DNA of 64,000 nt from positions 682,001-746,000 of the forward strand of contig OZ025791.1 of the NCBI GenBank assembly GCA_964019425.1, read 5' to 3'. A program made the translations under genes and the position numbers. This document shows positions 42,015 through 54,959 of the stretch, piece after piece (within the stretch, counting starts at the first letter, position 1; every line of letters starts with the position of its first letter). This stretch comes from Flectonema sp. DT1601. Taxonomy: Eukaryota. The notes beneath the pieces are model-generated. The model saw nothing but the letters and a program-made list of their open reading frames with translations. It searched no databases and was not told the origin of the DNA.

Positions 42015-42341
42015 GAAAGAAAAAAATGAAGAGGAAATAATCAAACATGAAAAAAAAAAAAAGAAAAAATATATATATATAAATAAAAAACGTTGTATGA
42101 AAAAGGAAAAAAAAGAAAAAAAAAAAGACCAGAAAAGGAAAGAGAAAATGAAAAGGTATAATATTATTGTGGGGATATGAGGGATAGCAGGGAGATGCTC
42201 TTTTTTTTTTTTTTTTTTTTTCTTATTTATTATTTAAAAAAAGGAAACAATCAGTTTAGCGTCTCGATCAGGACGGAAAATAGAAATTAATCGACATAGT
42301 CGATCGATAGAAAAAAAAAAACAGTGATAACATCGTTTATT

Positions 42342-42374
<33 letters not shown>

Positions 42375-42540
42375 TTTTTAATTATTTTAAAGAAAAAACA
42401 ATCAGTTTAGCGTCTTGATCAGGACGGAAAATAGTAAGTAATCGACATAGTCGATCGATAAAAAAAAACAATGATAACATTGTTTATTCCTTTTTTTTTT
42501 TTTTTATTCTTTTTATTTATTTTTAAAGAAAAAACAATCA
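41792..42540 (+). repeat. Left arm of long inverted repeat (E module + satellite B monomers)
   Basis: Begins gaatttcgataaagtgggaagtaacggactgggagcttttggctcc; reverse complement found at ~52925-53666 and ~63255-64000. Confidence 0.92.
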
Positions 42541-45500
42541 GCATAGGCTGGGCTGCATGCATAGGCTGGGCTGCAGTTTAGATGTCTTAGGTGTTAATAG
42601 GGGGTTCCTCTTAGCATTTTTCTTTGTTCCCACCTTATGATTTTCTTGAAGAAAAAAAATAGAAGTCATAATGGTGCTTCCCTCTGGAAGGGTTGTAAGC
42701 CATGGTGTCCAACTAGATTAAAGGACAAGTCTGGGATAATCCCTGCCAGAGGGGCGAGTATTCTACCATGGTTGAAATACTCTGGCAACTGATCTTCAAT
42801 TTTATGTTGTTTGTTAGCTGCTGGGGTAAATAAATCATGTGTTGATACTTGCATTTGTTTATTTGTTATCTTTTACTACAATAACGCTTGCCTATATCTT
42901 TTCTTTTTATTCTCTATCTGTTCTGGTCTGTTTCTTCATTTTTTTACATTAATAATTACATTTTGTTCAAAAAGAAAAAAAAGAAAAAAGATTTCATATT
43001 AGAAACTAGGAAACTAGGTTAACACTTAGTTAAAATTAAGACCGGTTAGTCAGTTTAAGGTCTTGTCTAGGACCAACATTCTTGTTTAACTTCAGTTATA
43101 TTCATTTTACTTTTTACTGTTTCCCATCTGTTTTTATTTTCTATTAGTTCTGGTCAGAAACCCCTGGGCAGCAAGAAGGAAAGCAGTTTAGTACTTCTGG
43201 GTGTTTGGCATCACCCCCCATAGTGAGCAAGTACAACAGGTAGCATTGGTAGTCTGTTGATCCTGAGTGATCCCAGCTACAGTTTTGTTTTTCTTTCTTT
43301 TTTTTTAGAAGAAGATCAGGACATCCAAGCACTGCTGGATAGTTGCTGAATGCAGGGCCTGCCTGTGGCATTATAATAACAGGCTAAGTCATTTGTAGTT
43401 CATAGTTTACCTTTGATTTTATAACTTCACATAGGTACTATGAACGATGAGAGATCCAGTGGGATCACTCAGGGTCTAGTAGAGACCACCAATGTTGTGC
43501 GTTGATAGGCAAGGTGACCAACCTTGACATTCTTTCTTTTCTCTCCTGTTGTGACAAACACAAAATACACACACAGCTTACAGTGTGTTCTTTGTGTATG
43601 TTTTCTTCAGGTGTGAGTAGTTTTTTTGTTCTTGCTCTTCAGGGAGGGCCTTAGCCAAAAGCTAACTGTCCAAATCTCACCTGGTAAATTCAACTCAGTC
43701 CTTGTCAGTCTTGGCATCAAACCTGTAATGGTTTAATCATTACAGGTTATTTACTGAAATGTTTGTTCTAAAAGTTGCTAAGTATTTCTCACTTAGAAAT
43801 TTTTTATTTTTTTATTTTCAGCTTAATTAGCTACAAATTGTTTCTACTAAGTGTTTCTCACTTAGATTTTTTTTTTGCTTTTCAGCTCCTTAAAAGCTGC
43901 TAAGTGTTTCTGCTAAGTGTTTCTCACTTAGAATTTTATTTTTATGTTCGTTTTCTATCCCTTCTCCTATCCCTTTTGTTCAAAATAAGCGGGAGGAAAT
44001 TCTCTCATTCACGCTAAGATGCACTCTGAACTTTGATTTTTTGATCTGAGTGTGAGGGAATGACCTGTTAGTGCATTGGGCATAGGCTGGGCTGCAGTTT
44101 AGATGTCTTAGGTGTTAATAGGGGGTTCCTCTTAGCATTTTTCTTTGTTCCCACCTTATGATTTTCTTGAAGAAAAAAAATAGAAGTCATAATGGTGCTT
44201 CCCTCTGGAAGGGTTGTAAGCCATGGTGTCCAAATAGATTAAAGGACAAGTCTGGGATAATCCCTGCCAGAGGGGCGAGTATTCTACCATGGTTGAAATA
44301 CTCTGGCAACTGATCTTCAATTTTATGTTGTTTGTTAGCTGCTGGTGTAATTAAATCATGTGTTGATACTTGCATTTTTTTTTATTTGTAATCTTTTACT
44401 ACAATAACTCTTGCAATTATCTTTTCTTTTTATTCTCTATCTGTTCTGGTCTGTTTCTTCATTTTTTTACATTAATAATTACATTTTGTTCAAAAAGAAA
44501 AAAAAGAAAAAAGATTTCATATTAGAAACTAGGAAACTAGGTTAACACTTAGTTAAAATTAAGACCGGTTAGTCAGTTTAAGGTCTTGTCTAGGACCAAC
44601 ATTCTTGTTTAACTTCAGTTATATTCATTTTACTTTTTACTGTTTCCCATCTACTTTTTATTTTCTATTAGTTCTGGTCAGAAACCCCTGGGCAGCAAGA
44701 AGGAAAGCAGTTTAGTACTTCTGGGTGTTTGGCATCACCCCCCATAGTGAGCAAGTACAACAGGTAGCATTGGTAGTCTGTTGATCCTGAGTGATCCCAG
44801 CTACAGTTTTGTTTTTCTTTCTTTTTTTTTAGAAGAAGATCAGGACATCCAAGCACTGCTGGATAGTTGCTGAATGCAGGGCCTGCCTGTGGCATTATAA
44901 TAACAGGCTAAGTCATTTGTAGTTCATAGTTTACCTTTGATTTTATAACTTCACATAGGTACTATGAACGATGAGAGATCCAGTGGGATCACTCAGGGTC
45001 TAGTAGAGACCACCAATGTTGTGCGTTGATAGGCAAGGTGACCAACCTTGACATTCTTTCTTTTCTCTCCTGTTGTGACAAACACAAAATACACACACAG
45101 CTTACAGTGTGTTCTTTGTGTATGTTTTCTTCAGGTGTGAGTAGTTTTTTTGTTCTTGCTCTTCAGGGAGGGCCTTAGCCAAAAGCTAACTGTCCAAATC
45201 TCACCTGGTAAATTCAACTCAGTCCTTGTCAGTCTTGGCATCAAACCTGTAATGGTTTAATCATTACAGGTTATTTACTGAAATGTTTGTTCTAAAAGTT
45301 GCTAAGTATTTCTCACTTAGAAATTTTTTATTTTTTTATTTTCAGCTTAATTAGCTACAAATTGTTTCTACTAAGTGTTTCTCACTTAGATTTTTTTTTT
45401 GCTTTTCAGCTCCTTAAAAGCTGCTAAGTGTTTCTGCTAAGTGTTTCTCACTTAGAATTTTATTTTTATGTTCGTTTTCTATCCCTTCTCCTATCCCTTT

Positions 45501-48500
45501 TGTTCAAAATAAGCGGGAGGAAATTCTCTCATTCACGCTAAGATGCACTCTGAACTTTGATTTTTTGATCTGAGTGTGAGGGAATGACCTGTTAGTGCAT
45601 TGGGCATAGGCTGGGCTGCAGTTTAGATGTCTTAGGTGTTAATAGGGGGTTCCTCTTAGCATTTTTCTTTGTTCCCACCTTATGATTTTCTTGAAGAAAA
45701 AAAATAGAAGTCATAATGGTGCTTCCCTCTGGAAGGGTTGTAAGCCATGGTGTCCAAATAGATTAAAGGACAAGTCTGGGATAATCCCTGCCAGAGGGGC
45801 GAGTATTCTACCATGGTTGAAATACTCTGGCAACTGATCTTCAATTTTATGTTGTTTGTTAGCTGCTGGTGTAATTAAATCATGTGTTGATACTTGCATT
45901 TTTTTTTATTTGTAATCTTTTACTACAATAACTCTTGCAATTATCTTTTCTTTTTATTCTCTATCTGTTCTGGTCTGTTTCTTCATTTTTTTACATTAAT
46001 AATTACATTTTGTTCAAAAAGAAAAAAAAGAAAAAAGATTTCATATTAGAAACTAGGAAACTAGGTTAACACTTAGTTAAAATTAAGACCGGTTAGTCAG
46101 TTTAAGGTCTTGTCTAGGACCAACATTCTTGTTTAACTTCAGTTATATTCATTTTACTTTTTACTGTTTCCCATCTGTTTTTATTTTCTATTAGTTCTGG
46201 TCAGAAACCCCTGGGCAGCAAGAAGGAAAGCAGTTTAGTACTTCTGGGTGTTTGGCATCACCCCCCATAGTGAGCAAGTACAACAGGTAGCATTGGTAGT
46301 CTGTTGATCCTGAGTGATCCCAGCTACAGTTTTGTTTTTCTTTCTTTTTTTTTAGAAGAAGATCAGGACATCCAAGCACTGCTGGATAGTTGCTGAATGC
46401 AGGGCCTGCCTGTGGCATTATAATAACAGGCTAAGTCATTTGTAGTTCATAGTTTACCTTTGATTTTATAACTTCACATAGGTACTATGAACGATGAGAG
46501 ATCCAGTGGGATCACTCAGGGTCTAGTAGAGACCACCAATGTTGTGCGTTGATAGGCAAGGTGACCAACCTTGACATTCTTTCTTTTCTCTCCTGTTGTG
46601 ACAAACACAAAATACACACACAGCTTACAGTGTGTTCTTTGTGTATGTTTTCTTCAGGTGTGAGTAGTTTTTTTGTTCTTGCTCTTCAGGGAGGGCCTTA
46701 GCCAAAAGCTAACTGTCCAAATCTCACCTGGTAAATTCAACTCATTCCCTATCTGTTCTGATCTGTTACTTCATTTGTCTTGTTTAACTTCAGTTATATG
46801 CATTTTACTTTTTATTGTTTCCCATCTACTTTTTATTTTCTATTAGTTCTGGTCAGAAACTCCTGGGCAGCAAGAAGGAAAGTAGTTTAGTACTTCTGGG
46901 TGTTTGGCATCACCCCCCATAGTGAGCAAGTACAACAGGTAGCATTGGTAGTCTGTTGATCCTGAGTGATCCCAGCTACAGTTTTGTTTTTCTTTCTTTT
47001 TTTTAGAAGAAGATCAGGACATCCAAGCACTGCTGGATAGTTGCTGAATGCAGGGCCTGCCTGTGGCATTATAATAACAGGCTAAGTCATTTGTAGTTCA
47101 TAGTTTACCTTTGATTTTATAACTTCACACAGGGTACTATGAACGATGAGAGATCCAGTGGGATCACTCAGGGTCCAGTAGAGACCACCAATGTTGTGCG
47201 TTGATAGGCAAGGTGACCAACCTTGGCATTCTTTCTTTTCTCTCCTGTTGTGACAAACACAAAATACACACACAGCTTACAGTGTGTTCTTTGTGTATGT
47301 TTTCTTCAGGTGTGAGTAGTTTTTTTGTTCTTGCTCTTCAGGGAGGGCCTTAGCCAAAAGCTAACAGTCCAAATCTCACCTGGAAATTCAACTCCCTTAG
47401 CGTCCTGACCAGGACGGAAAATAGAAAGTAATCGACATAGTCGATCGATAAAAAAAACAATGATAACTTGGGCATCAAACTTGTAATGGTTTAATCATTA
47501 CAGGTTATTTACTGAAATATTTGTTCTAAAAGTTGCTAAGTATTTCTCACTTAAATTTTTTTTTTATTTTTTTATTTTCAGCTTAATTAGCTACAAATTG
47601 TTTCTACTAAGTGTTTCTCACTTAGATTTTTTTTTTGCTTTTCAGCTCCTTAAAAGCTGCTAAGTGTTTCTGCTAAGTGTTTCTCACTTAGAATCTTATT
47701 GTTATGTTCGTTTTCTATCCCTTCTCCTATCCCTTTTGTTCAAAATAAGCGGGAGGAAATTCTCTCATTCACGCTAAGATGCACTCTGAACTTTGATTTT
47801 TTGATCTGAGTGTGAGGGAATGACCTGTTAGTGCATTGGGCATAAGCTGGGCTGCAGTTTAGATGTCTTAGGTGTTAATAAGGGGTTCCTCTTAGCATTT
47901 TTCTTTGTTCCCACCTTATGATTTTCTTGAAGAAAAAAAATAGAAGTCATAATGGTGCTTCCCTCTGGAAGGGTTGTAAGCCATGGTGTCCAACTAAATT
48001 AAAGGACAAGTCTGGGATAATCCCTGCCAGAGGGGCGAGTATTCTACCATGGTTGAAATACTCTGGCAACTGATCTTCAATTTTATGTTGTTTGTTAGCT
48101 GCTGGTGTATCTTGATTATGTGTTGATACTTGCATTTTCTTATTTGTAATCTTCTATTACAATTCTCTTTCTGTTCTGGTCTGTTACTTCATTTGTCTTG
48201 TTTAACTTCAGTTATATCCATTTTACTTTTTATTGTTTCCCATCTACTTTTTATTTTCTATTAGTTCTGGTCAGAAACTCCTGGGCAGCAAGAAGGAAAG
48301 TAGTTTAGTACTTCTGGGTGTTTGGCATCACCCCCCATAGTGAGCAAGTACAACAGGTAGCATTGGTAGTCTGTTGATCCTGAGTGATCCCAGCTACAGT
48401 TTTGTTTTTCTTTCTTTTTTTTAGAATTTCGATAAAGTGGGAAGTAACGGACTGGGAGCTTTTGGCTCCTGCCCTATTCCCGATGTAAACTTTCTTTTTT

Positions 48501-48605
48501 TTTTTTTTTTTTTTTTTAAGAAGATCAGGACATCCAAGCACTGCTGGATAGTTGCTGAATGCAGGGCCTGCCTGTGGCATTATAATAACAGGCTAAGTCA
48601 TTTGT
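42541..48605 (+). repeat. 1.52-kb tandem repeat unit U (2 full + several partial/rearranged copies)
   Basis: Identical landmarks at 43144/44668/46191 and 42666/44187/45711 (period 1521-1524 bp); rearranged variants at 46746-48605. Confidence 0.95.
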
Positions 48606-48807
48606 CCCTTTGCCGCCGGAAGAACGAAGGTCGACGGAGGTCCGAAGCATTGCTTGCGATGATGTTCCGGTATGTGTTGCGTCTCTGTTATTTGTTTGTT
48701 TCAACTCAATTGGTTCATCTCAGGTTTTAGAAGTCTTCGTCCTGTTCGTTGGGAAGGGCCTGAATCAAAAGTTCACTGCCCCTATTCCTCTCCCAAATTT
48801 CTTATTC
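48606..48807 (+). repeat. ~200-bp block V, duplicated at 54459-54662
   Basis: ccctttgccgccggaagaacg...cccaaatttcttattca essentially identical at both sites. Confidence 0.9.
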
Positions 48808-49361
48808 AGCTTGCCACATGACTGTGTGACATTATTGCTACATTGTAGCTCCCCTACAAAAACCTTATTTTTTGCAGTTGTCTTTTGGTTGTAGCAACTT
48901 TTATTTTTTGCTTTTCTAATGTCCCAAAGTTGGTTTATTTTACTTTTTTTTTCTGCAAGGGAACAGTCCAAAGCATAAGTCCGAACAGCCCTAAGGCCAG
49001 TGAACGCACTGATTGTTAGGTATTGTATTCCAGGGAAAGTTTGGTTTGTATACTTTATTTTTATTTTATTTTATTTAATTTGTTAAAAGAAAACAGGTAA
49101 CTTTACACTAGTTTTTAGTTTCTCTTTTCCTTTTCAATTTCCTTTTAATACTCTCTATCTGGTCTGTTATGTCATATTTCTCATTTAATTTTATCATCCA
49201 TTTTACTTTTCACTGTTTCCCATCTACATTTTATTTTCAAATAGTTACGGTCTGTTAAAAAAAAAAAAAAGTTTAAATAAGTTAAATTGAACATGTTAAC
49301 TCAATTCCTCAATTCTTCCGTCATGGTCATGACATTCTTTTTCGTTTCTCTAAATGCACAA

Positions 49362-49456
49362 GAGATACCATCACTCATGAGATACCAACGCACATACGAG
49401 ATACCAGCACTCCAGAGATACCGACACGCTAGAGATACCAAGTCACTTGAGATACC
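49362..49456 (+). repeat. GAGATACC direct-repeat array (6 copies, ~17-bp period, variable spacers)
   Basis: Motif starts at 49362, 49379, 49398, 49415, 49432, 49449. Confidence 0.9.
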
Positions 49457-49689
49457 TCCTTGTAAATTAATTCCCGGTATTTCAAATTTGAATTGATAGT
49501 GTCAACTCTGCTTGCTGCTCTTGTTAATGTGTTGTCTCCTGACAGTGATCTTAACTCCTGTAAAAAGAAAAAAAAAAAAGAAATCAAAAAGAAGAATTTT
49601 CAAACGAAGTTATAACAACCCCTACCACCCATTATGATCAATTCCGCTTGTTTTTTTTTTTTTTTAAAACAAAAAAAAAATAAAAAATT

Positions 49690-51717
49690 ATAAAAGATTA
49701 AACAATGTTATCATTGTATTTTTATCGATCGACTATGTCGATTACTTTCTATTTTCCGTCCTGGTCAAGACGCTAAACTGATTGTTTTTTTTTTTTTTTC
49801 CCAAAATTAATAAAAAAGAATATAAAAAAAAAAAAATAAAAAAAAAGAATAAACAATGTTATCATTGTTTTTTTATCGTTCGACTTTGTCGACTAATTTC
49901 TATTTTCCGTTTTTTTTCTTAAAAAATAAATAAAAAGAATTTAAAAAAAAAAAAAAAAAAAAAAGAATAAACAATGTTATCATTGTTTTTTTATCGATCG
50001 ACTATGTCGATTACTTTCTATTTTCCGTCCTGGTCAAGACGCTAAACTGATTGTTTTTTTTTTTTTTTTTTCAAAATTAATAAAAAAGAATATAAAAAAA
50101 AAAAAATAAAAAAAAGATTAAACAATGTTATCATTGTTTTTTTATCGTTCGACTTTGTCGACTAATTTCTATTTTCCGTTTTTTTTTTTCTTAAAAAATA
50201 AATAAAAAGAATTTAAAAAAAAAAAAAAAAAAAAAAGAATAAACAATGTTATCATTGTCTTTTTTATCGATCGACTATGTCGATTACTTTCTATTTTCCG
50301 TCCTGGTCAAGACGCTAAACTGATTGTTTTTTTTTTTTTTTTTTTTCAAAATTAATAAAAAAGAATATAAAAAAAAAAAAAATAAAAAAAAGAATAAACA
50401 ATGTTATCATTGTTTTTTTATCGTTCGACTTTGTCGACTAAATTCTATTTTCCGTTTTTTTCTCTTAAAAAATAAATAAAAAGAATTTAAAAAAAAAAAA
50501 AAAAAAAAGAATAAACAATGTTATCATTGTTTTTTTATCGATCGATTTTGTCGACTAATTTCTATTTTCCGTCCTGGTCAGGACGCTAAACTGATTGTTT
50601 TTTTTTTTTCAAAATTAATAAAAAAAGATTATAAAAAAAAAAAATAAAAAAAAGAATAAACAATGTTATCATTGTTTTTTTATCGTTCGACTTTGTCGAC
50701 TAATTTCTATTTTCCGTTTTTTTCTCTTAAAAAATAAATAAAAAGAATTTAAAAAAAAAAAAAAAAAAAAGAATAAACAATGTTATCATTGTTTTTTTAT
50801 CGATCGACTATGTCGATTACTTTCTATTTTCCGTCCTGGTCAAGACGCTAAACTGATTGTTTTTTTTTTTTTTTCCAAAATTAATAAAAAAGATTATAAA
50901 AAAAAAAATAAAAAAAGAATAAACAATGTTATCATTGTTTTTTTATCGTTCGACTTTGTCGACTAATTTCTATTTTCCGTTTTTTTTCTTAAAAAATAAA
51001 TAAAAAGAATTTAAAAAAAAAAAAAAAAAAAAAAAAGAATAAACAATGTTATCATTGTTTTTTTATCGATCGACTTTGTCGACTAATTTCTATTTTCCGT
51101 CCCGGTCAAGACGCTAAACTGATTGTTTTTTCTAAATAAATAAAAAGAATAAAAAAAAAAAAAAAAAAAAAAAGATTAAACAATGTTATCATTGTTTTTT
51201 TTTATCGATCGACTATGTCGATTACTTTCTATTTTCCGTCCTGGTCAGGACGCTAAACTGATTGTTTTTTCTTTAAAAAATAAATAAAAAGAATAAAAAA
51301 AAAAAAAAAAAAAAAAAAAAGAATAAACAATGTTATCATTGTTTTGTTATCGATTGACTTTGTCGACTAATTTCTATTTTCCGTCCTGGTCAAGACGCTA
51401 AACTGATTGTTTTTTCTTTAAAAAATAAATAAAAAGAATAAAAAAAAAAAACAAAAAAAAAAGAATAAACAATGTTATCATTGTTTTTTTTATCGATCGA
51501 CTATGTCGATCACTTTCTATTTTTCGTCCTGGTCAGGACGCTAAACTGATTGTTTTTTCTTTAAAATTAATAAAAAGAATAAAAAAAAAAAGAAAAAAGG
51601 AATAAACAATGTTATCATTGTTTTTATTTTATCGATCGACTATGTCGATTACTTTCTATTTTCTGTCCTGGTCAAGACGCTAAACTGATTGTTTTTTCTT
51701 TAAAAAATAATAAGAAG

Positions 51718-51752
<35 letters not shown>

Positions 51753-51863
51753 TAAACAATGTTATCATTGTTTTTTTATCGATCGACTATGTCGATCACT
51801 TTCTATTTTTCGTCCTGGTCAAGACGCTAAATTGATTGTTTTTTCTTTAAAAATAATAAAAAG

Positions 51864-51899
<36 letters not shown>

Positions 51900-52696
51900 A
51901 TAAACAATGTTATCATTGTTTTTTTTTTTTTCGATCGACTATGTCGATCACTTTCTATTTTCCGTCCTGGTCAAGACGTTAAACTGATTGTTTTTTTTCA
52001 AAATTAATAAAAAAGAATACAAAAAAAAATAAAAAAAAAAGAATAAACAATGTTATCATTGTTTTTTTTTATCGATCGACTATGTCGATCACTTTCTATT
52101 TTCCGTCCTGGTCAAGACGCTAAACTGATTGTTTTTTTTTTCAAAATTAATAAAAAGAATATAAAAAAAAAATAAAAAAAAAAGAATAAACAATGTTATC
52201 ATTGTTTTTTTTTTTATTGTTCGACTTTGTTGACTAATTTCTATTTTCCGTTTTTTTTTTCTTTTTAAAAAATAAATAAAAAGAATTTAAAAAAAAAAAA
52301 AAAAAAAAAGAATAAACAATGTTATCATTGTTTTTTTTTTTATTGTTCGACTTTGTTGACTAATTTCTATTTTCCGTTTTTTTTTTCTTGTTAAAAAATA
52401 AATAAAAAGAATTTAAAAAAAAAAAAAAAAAAAAAGAATAAACAATGTTATCATTGTTTTTTTTTCATCGATCGACTATGTCGATTACTTTCTATTTTCC
52501 GTCCTGGTCAAGACGCTAAACTGATTGTTTTTTTTTTCAAAATTAATAAAAAAGAATATAAAAAAAAAAACAAAAACAAAAAGAATAAACAATGTTATCA
52601 TTGTTTTTTTATCGATCGACTATGTCGATCACTTTCTATTTTCCGTCCTGGTCAAGACGCTAAACTGATTGTTTTTTCTTTAAAAAATAATTAAAA

Positions 52697-52729
<33 letters not shown>

Positions 52730-53102
52730 TTAATCAATGTTATCATTGTTTTTTTTTTATCGTTCGACTTTGTCGACTAATTTTTATTTTCCGTTTTTTT
52801 TTCTTTAAAATAAATAAAAAGAATTTAAAAAAAAAAAAAAAAAAGAATAAACAATGTTATCATTGTTTTTTTATCGATCGACTATGTCGATCACTTTCTA
52901 TTTTCCGTCCTGGTCAAGACGCTAAACTGATTGTTTTTTCTTTAAAAAATAATTAAAAGGTTAAAAAAAAAAAAAAAAAAAAAAAGGAATAAACAATGTT
53001 ATCATTGTTTTTTTTTTATCGATCGACTATGTCGATTACTTTCTATTTTCCGTCCTGGTCAAGACGCTAAACTGATTGTTTTTTCTTTAAAATAATTAAA
53101 AG

Positions 53103-53136
<34 letters not shown>

Positions 53137-53230
53137 AATAAACAATGTTATCATTTTTTTTTTTTTCTATCGATCGACTATGTCGATTAATTTCTATTTT
53201 CCGTCCTGATCGAGACGCTAAACTGATTGT
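49690..53230 (-). repeat. Satellite B array, reverse orientation, partly alternating long/short monomers
   Basis: aaacaatgttatcattgttt...atcgatcgactatgtcgat...cgtcctggtcaagacgctaaactgattg tandem copies separated by A/T tracts. Confidence 0.97.
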
Positions 53231-53666
53231 TTCCTTTTTTTAAATAATAAAAAAAAAAAAAAAAAAAGAGCATCTCCCTGCTATCCTCATATCCCCACAA
53301 TAATATTATACCTTTTCATTTTCTCTTTCCTTTTCTGGTCTTTTTTTTTTCTTTTTTTCCTTTTTCATACAACGTTTTTTATTTATATTTTTTTTTTTTT
53401 TTTTTTTCATGTTTGATTATTTCCTCTTCATATTTTTCTTTTTCTATTCTTTCTTTTTTTTTTTTTTTTTTTTTCTCTGCCTCTCTCTCAATTCTGTTCG
53501 TTTCTTTGAAACGAAAATTCATTTGAATATTATTCCTTGGTCAGCAACCATCATTGTCGCCCTTTGGGCCTGTTAAAAAAAATAAAAAATAAAAAGAAAG
53601 TTTACATCGGGAATAGGGCAGGAGCCAAAAGCTCCCAGTCCGTTGCTTCCCACTTTATCGAAATTC
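53231..53666 (-). repeat. E module, inverted copy
   Basis: Reverse complement of ~41792-42240, ends ...cccactttatcgaaattc. Confidence 0.92.
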
Positions 53667-53719
53667 AGCATCGGCTCGAACGGCGAACGGCTCTGGCGAA
53701 GCGAGTGAACGAGTCTGAT

Positions 53720-53861
53720 TGCTGAGTATTGTATTCTGTTTTCTTGTTCTTTTTTTAATTTATTTCAAACAGGGCAACAGGGGGAAAGTTTGGTTTGTAT
53801 CCCCTGGGTGTTTAGCGTCACCTGTTGAGGTGTAATGTATTCTGTTTACTTCTATCCCTTT

Positions 53862-53894
<33 letters not shown>

Positions 53895-54958
53895 TTCAAA
53901 CAGGACAGCAGGGGGAAAGTTTGTTTCGTACCCCCCGGGTGCTTAGCGTCACCCTCCATGCGATGCTTGCGCAGGGAGAGCCAAGGGTCGAGAACCCTGG
54001 AGATTACCTTTGTTTCTTTTTGTGACTGGATTGCAGTGGCGCAACCCATCACCCCACCTGTTGGTATCTTTTTATTTTTTTTATTTAAAGAAAAAAGCAG
54101 GCTAAGTCGCCTGAGCTGGCATCGCCAGAATATTTAACTTCACATGGCAATGTCAGCTCGTGAAGGGATCCAGTTGGATCAAAGGTTTTCTCCCCCCCAC
54201 TCTATTTATCGTCATTGGTGCGCACCTTCGAACAGGAAGGCCAACACTGACGGAATTTTTTACTTCTCTTCCCAGGGTTGAACCTTGGGAAAAAAACAAA
54301 CAATAAACACAGTGTAGACAAACACCCGCCGGACATCTGCAGAGCAGCGATCGATGTCGATGTCTTCGTTGTCGAACTTCCTGGCGTTTATGTTTTTGTT
54401 TTTAACAACAACACAACACCAACTAACAGGTTTGTCTCATTGCCCGTTCTTTCTTGTTTCCCTTTGCCGCCGGAAGAACGAAGGTCGACGGAGGTCCGAA
54501 GCATTGCTTGCGATGATGTTCCGGTATGTGTTGCGTCTCTGTTATTTGTTTGTTTCAACTCAATTGGTTCATCTCAGGTTTTAGAAGTCTTCGTCCTGTT
54601 CGTTGGGAAGGGCCTGAATCAAAAGTTCACTGCCCCTATTCCTCTCCCAAATTTCTTATTCATAGTTTACCTTTGATTTTATAACTTCACACAGGGTACT
54701 ATGAACGATGAGAGATCCAGTGGGATCACTCAGGGTCTAGTAGAGACCACCAATGTTGTGCGTTGATAGGCAAGGTGACCAACCTTGACATTCTTTCTTT
54801 TCTCTCCTGTTGTGACAAACACAAAATACACACACAGCTTACAGTGTGTTCTTTGTGTATGTTTTCTTCAGGTGTGAGTAGTTTTTTTGTTCTTGCTCTT
54901 CAGAGAGGGCCTTAGCCAAAAGCTAACAGTCCAAATCTCACCTGGAAATTCAACTCCC
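53720..54958 (+). repeat. Mosaic of diverged U-related segments, block V and a U fragment
   Basis: gggcaacag/ggacagcag..gggtg.ttagcgtcacc and caggctaagtc..taacttcaca..gatccagt.ggatca resemble U; 54663-54955 is a near-identical U fragment. Confidence 0.75.
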
Positions 54959-54959
54959 C

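Noticed and set aside
43270..43300. agctacagtttt in unit U (and tttctgtacttt at ~38350) resembling a euglenozoan spliced-leader exon
   Set aside because: Only ~11-12 nt match; the conserved TTTCTGTACTTTATTG|GTATG junction is absent, so U is not called an SL-RNA array
42666..48580. Repeated short ORFs MQVSTH... and MPQAGPAF... in unit U
   Set aside because: 60-90 aa, no motifs, run through homopolymers, frames differ between copies
49362..49456. CRISPR-like repeat/spacer appearance of the GAGATACC array (and of satellites A, B, D)
   Set aside because: Repeat 8 bp and spacers 9-11 bp are far too short; satellites lack unique spacers; no cas genes; eukaryotic context
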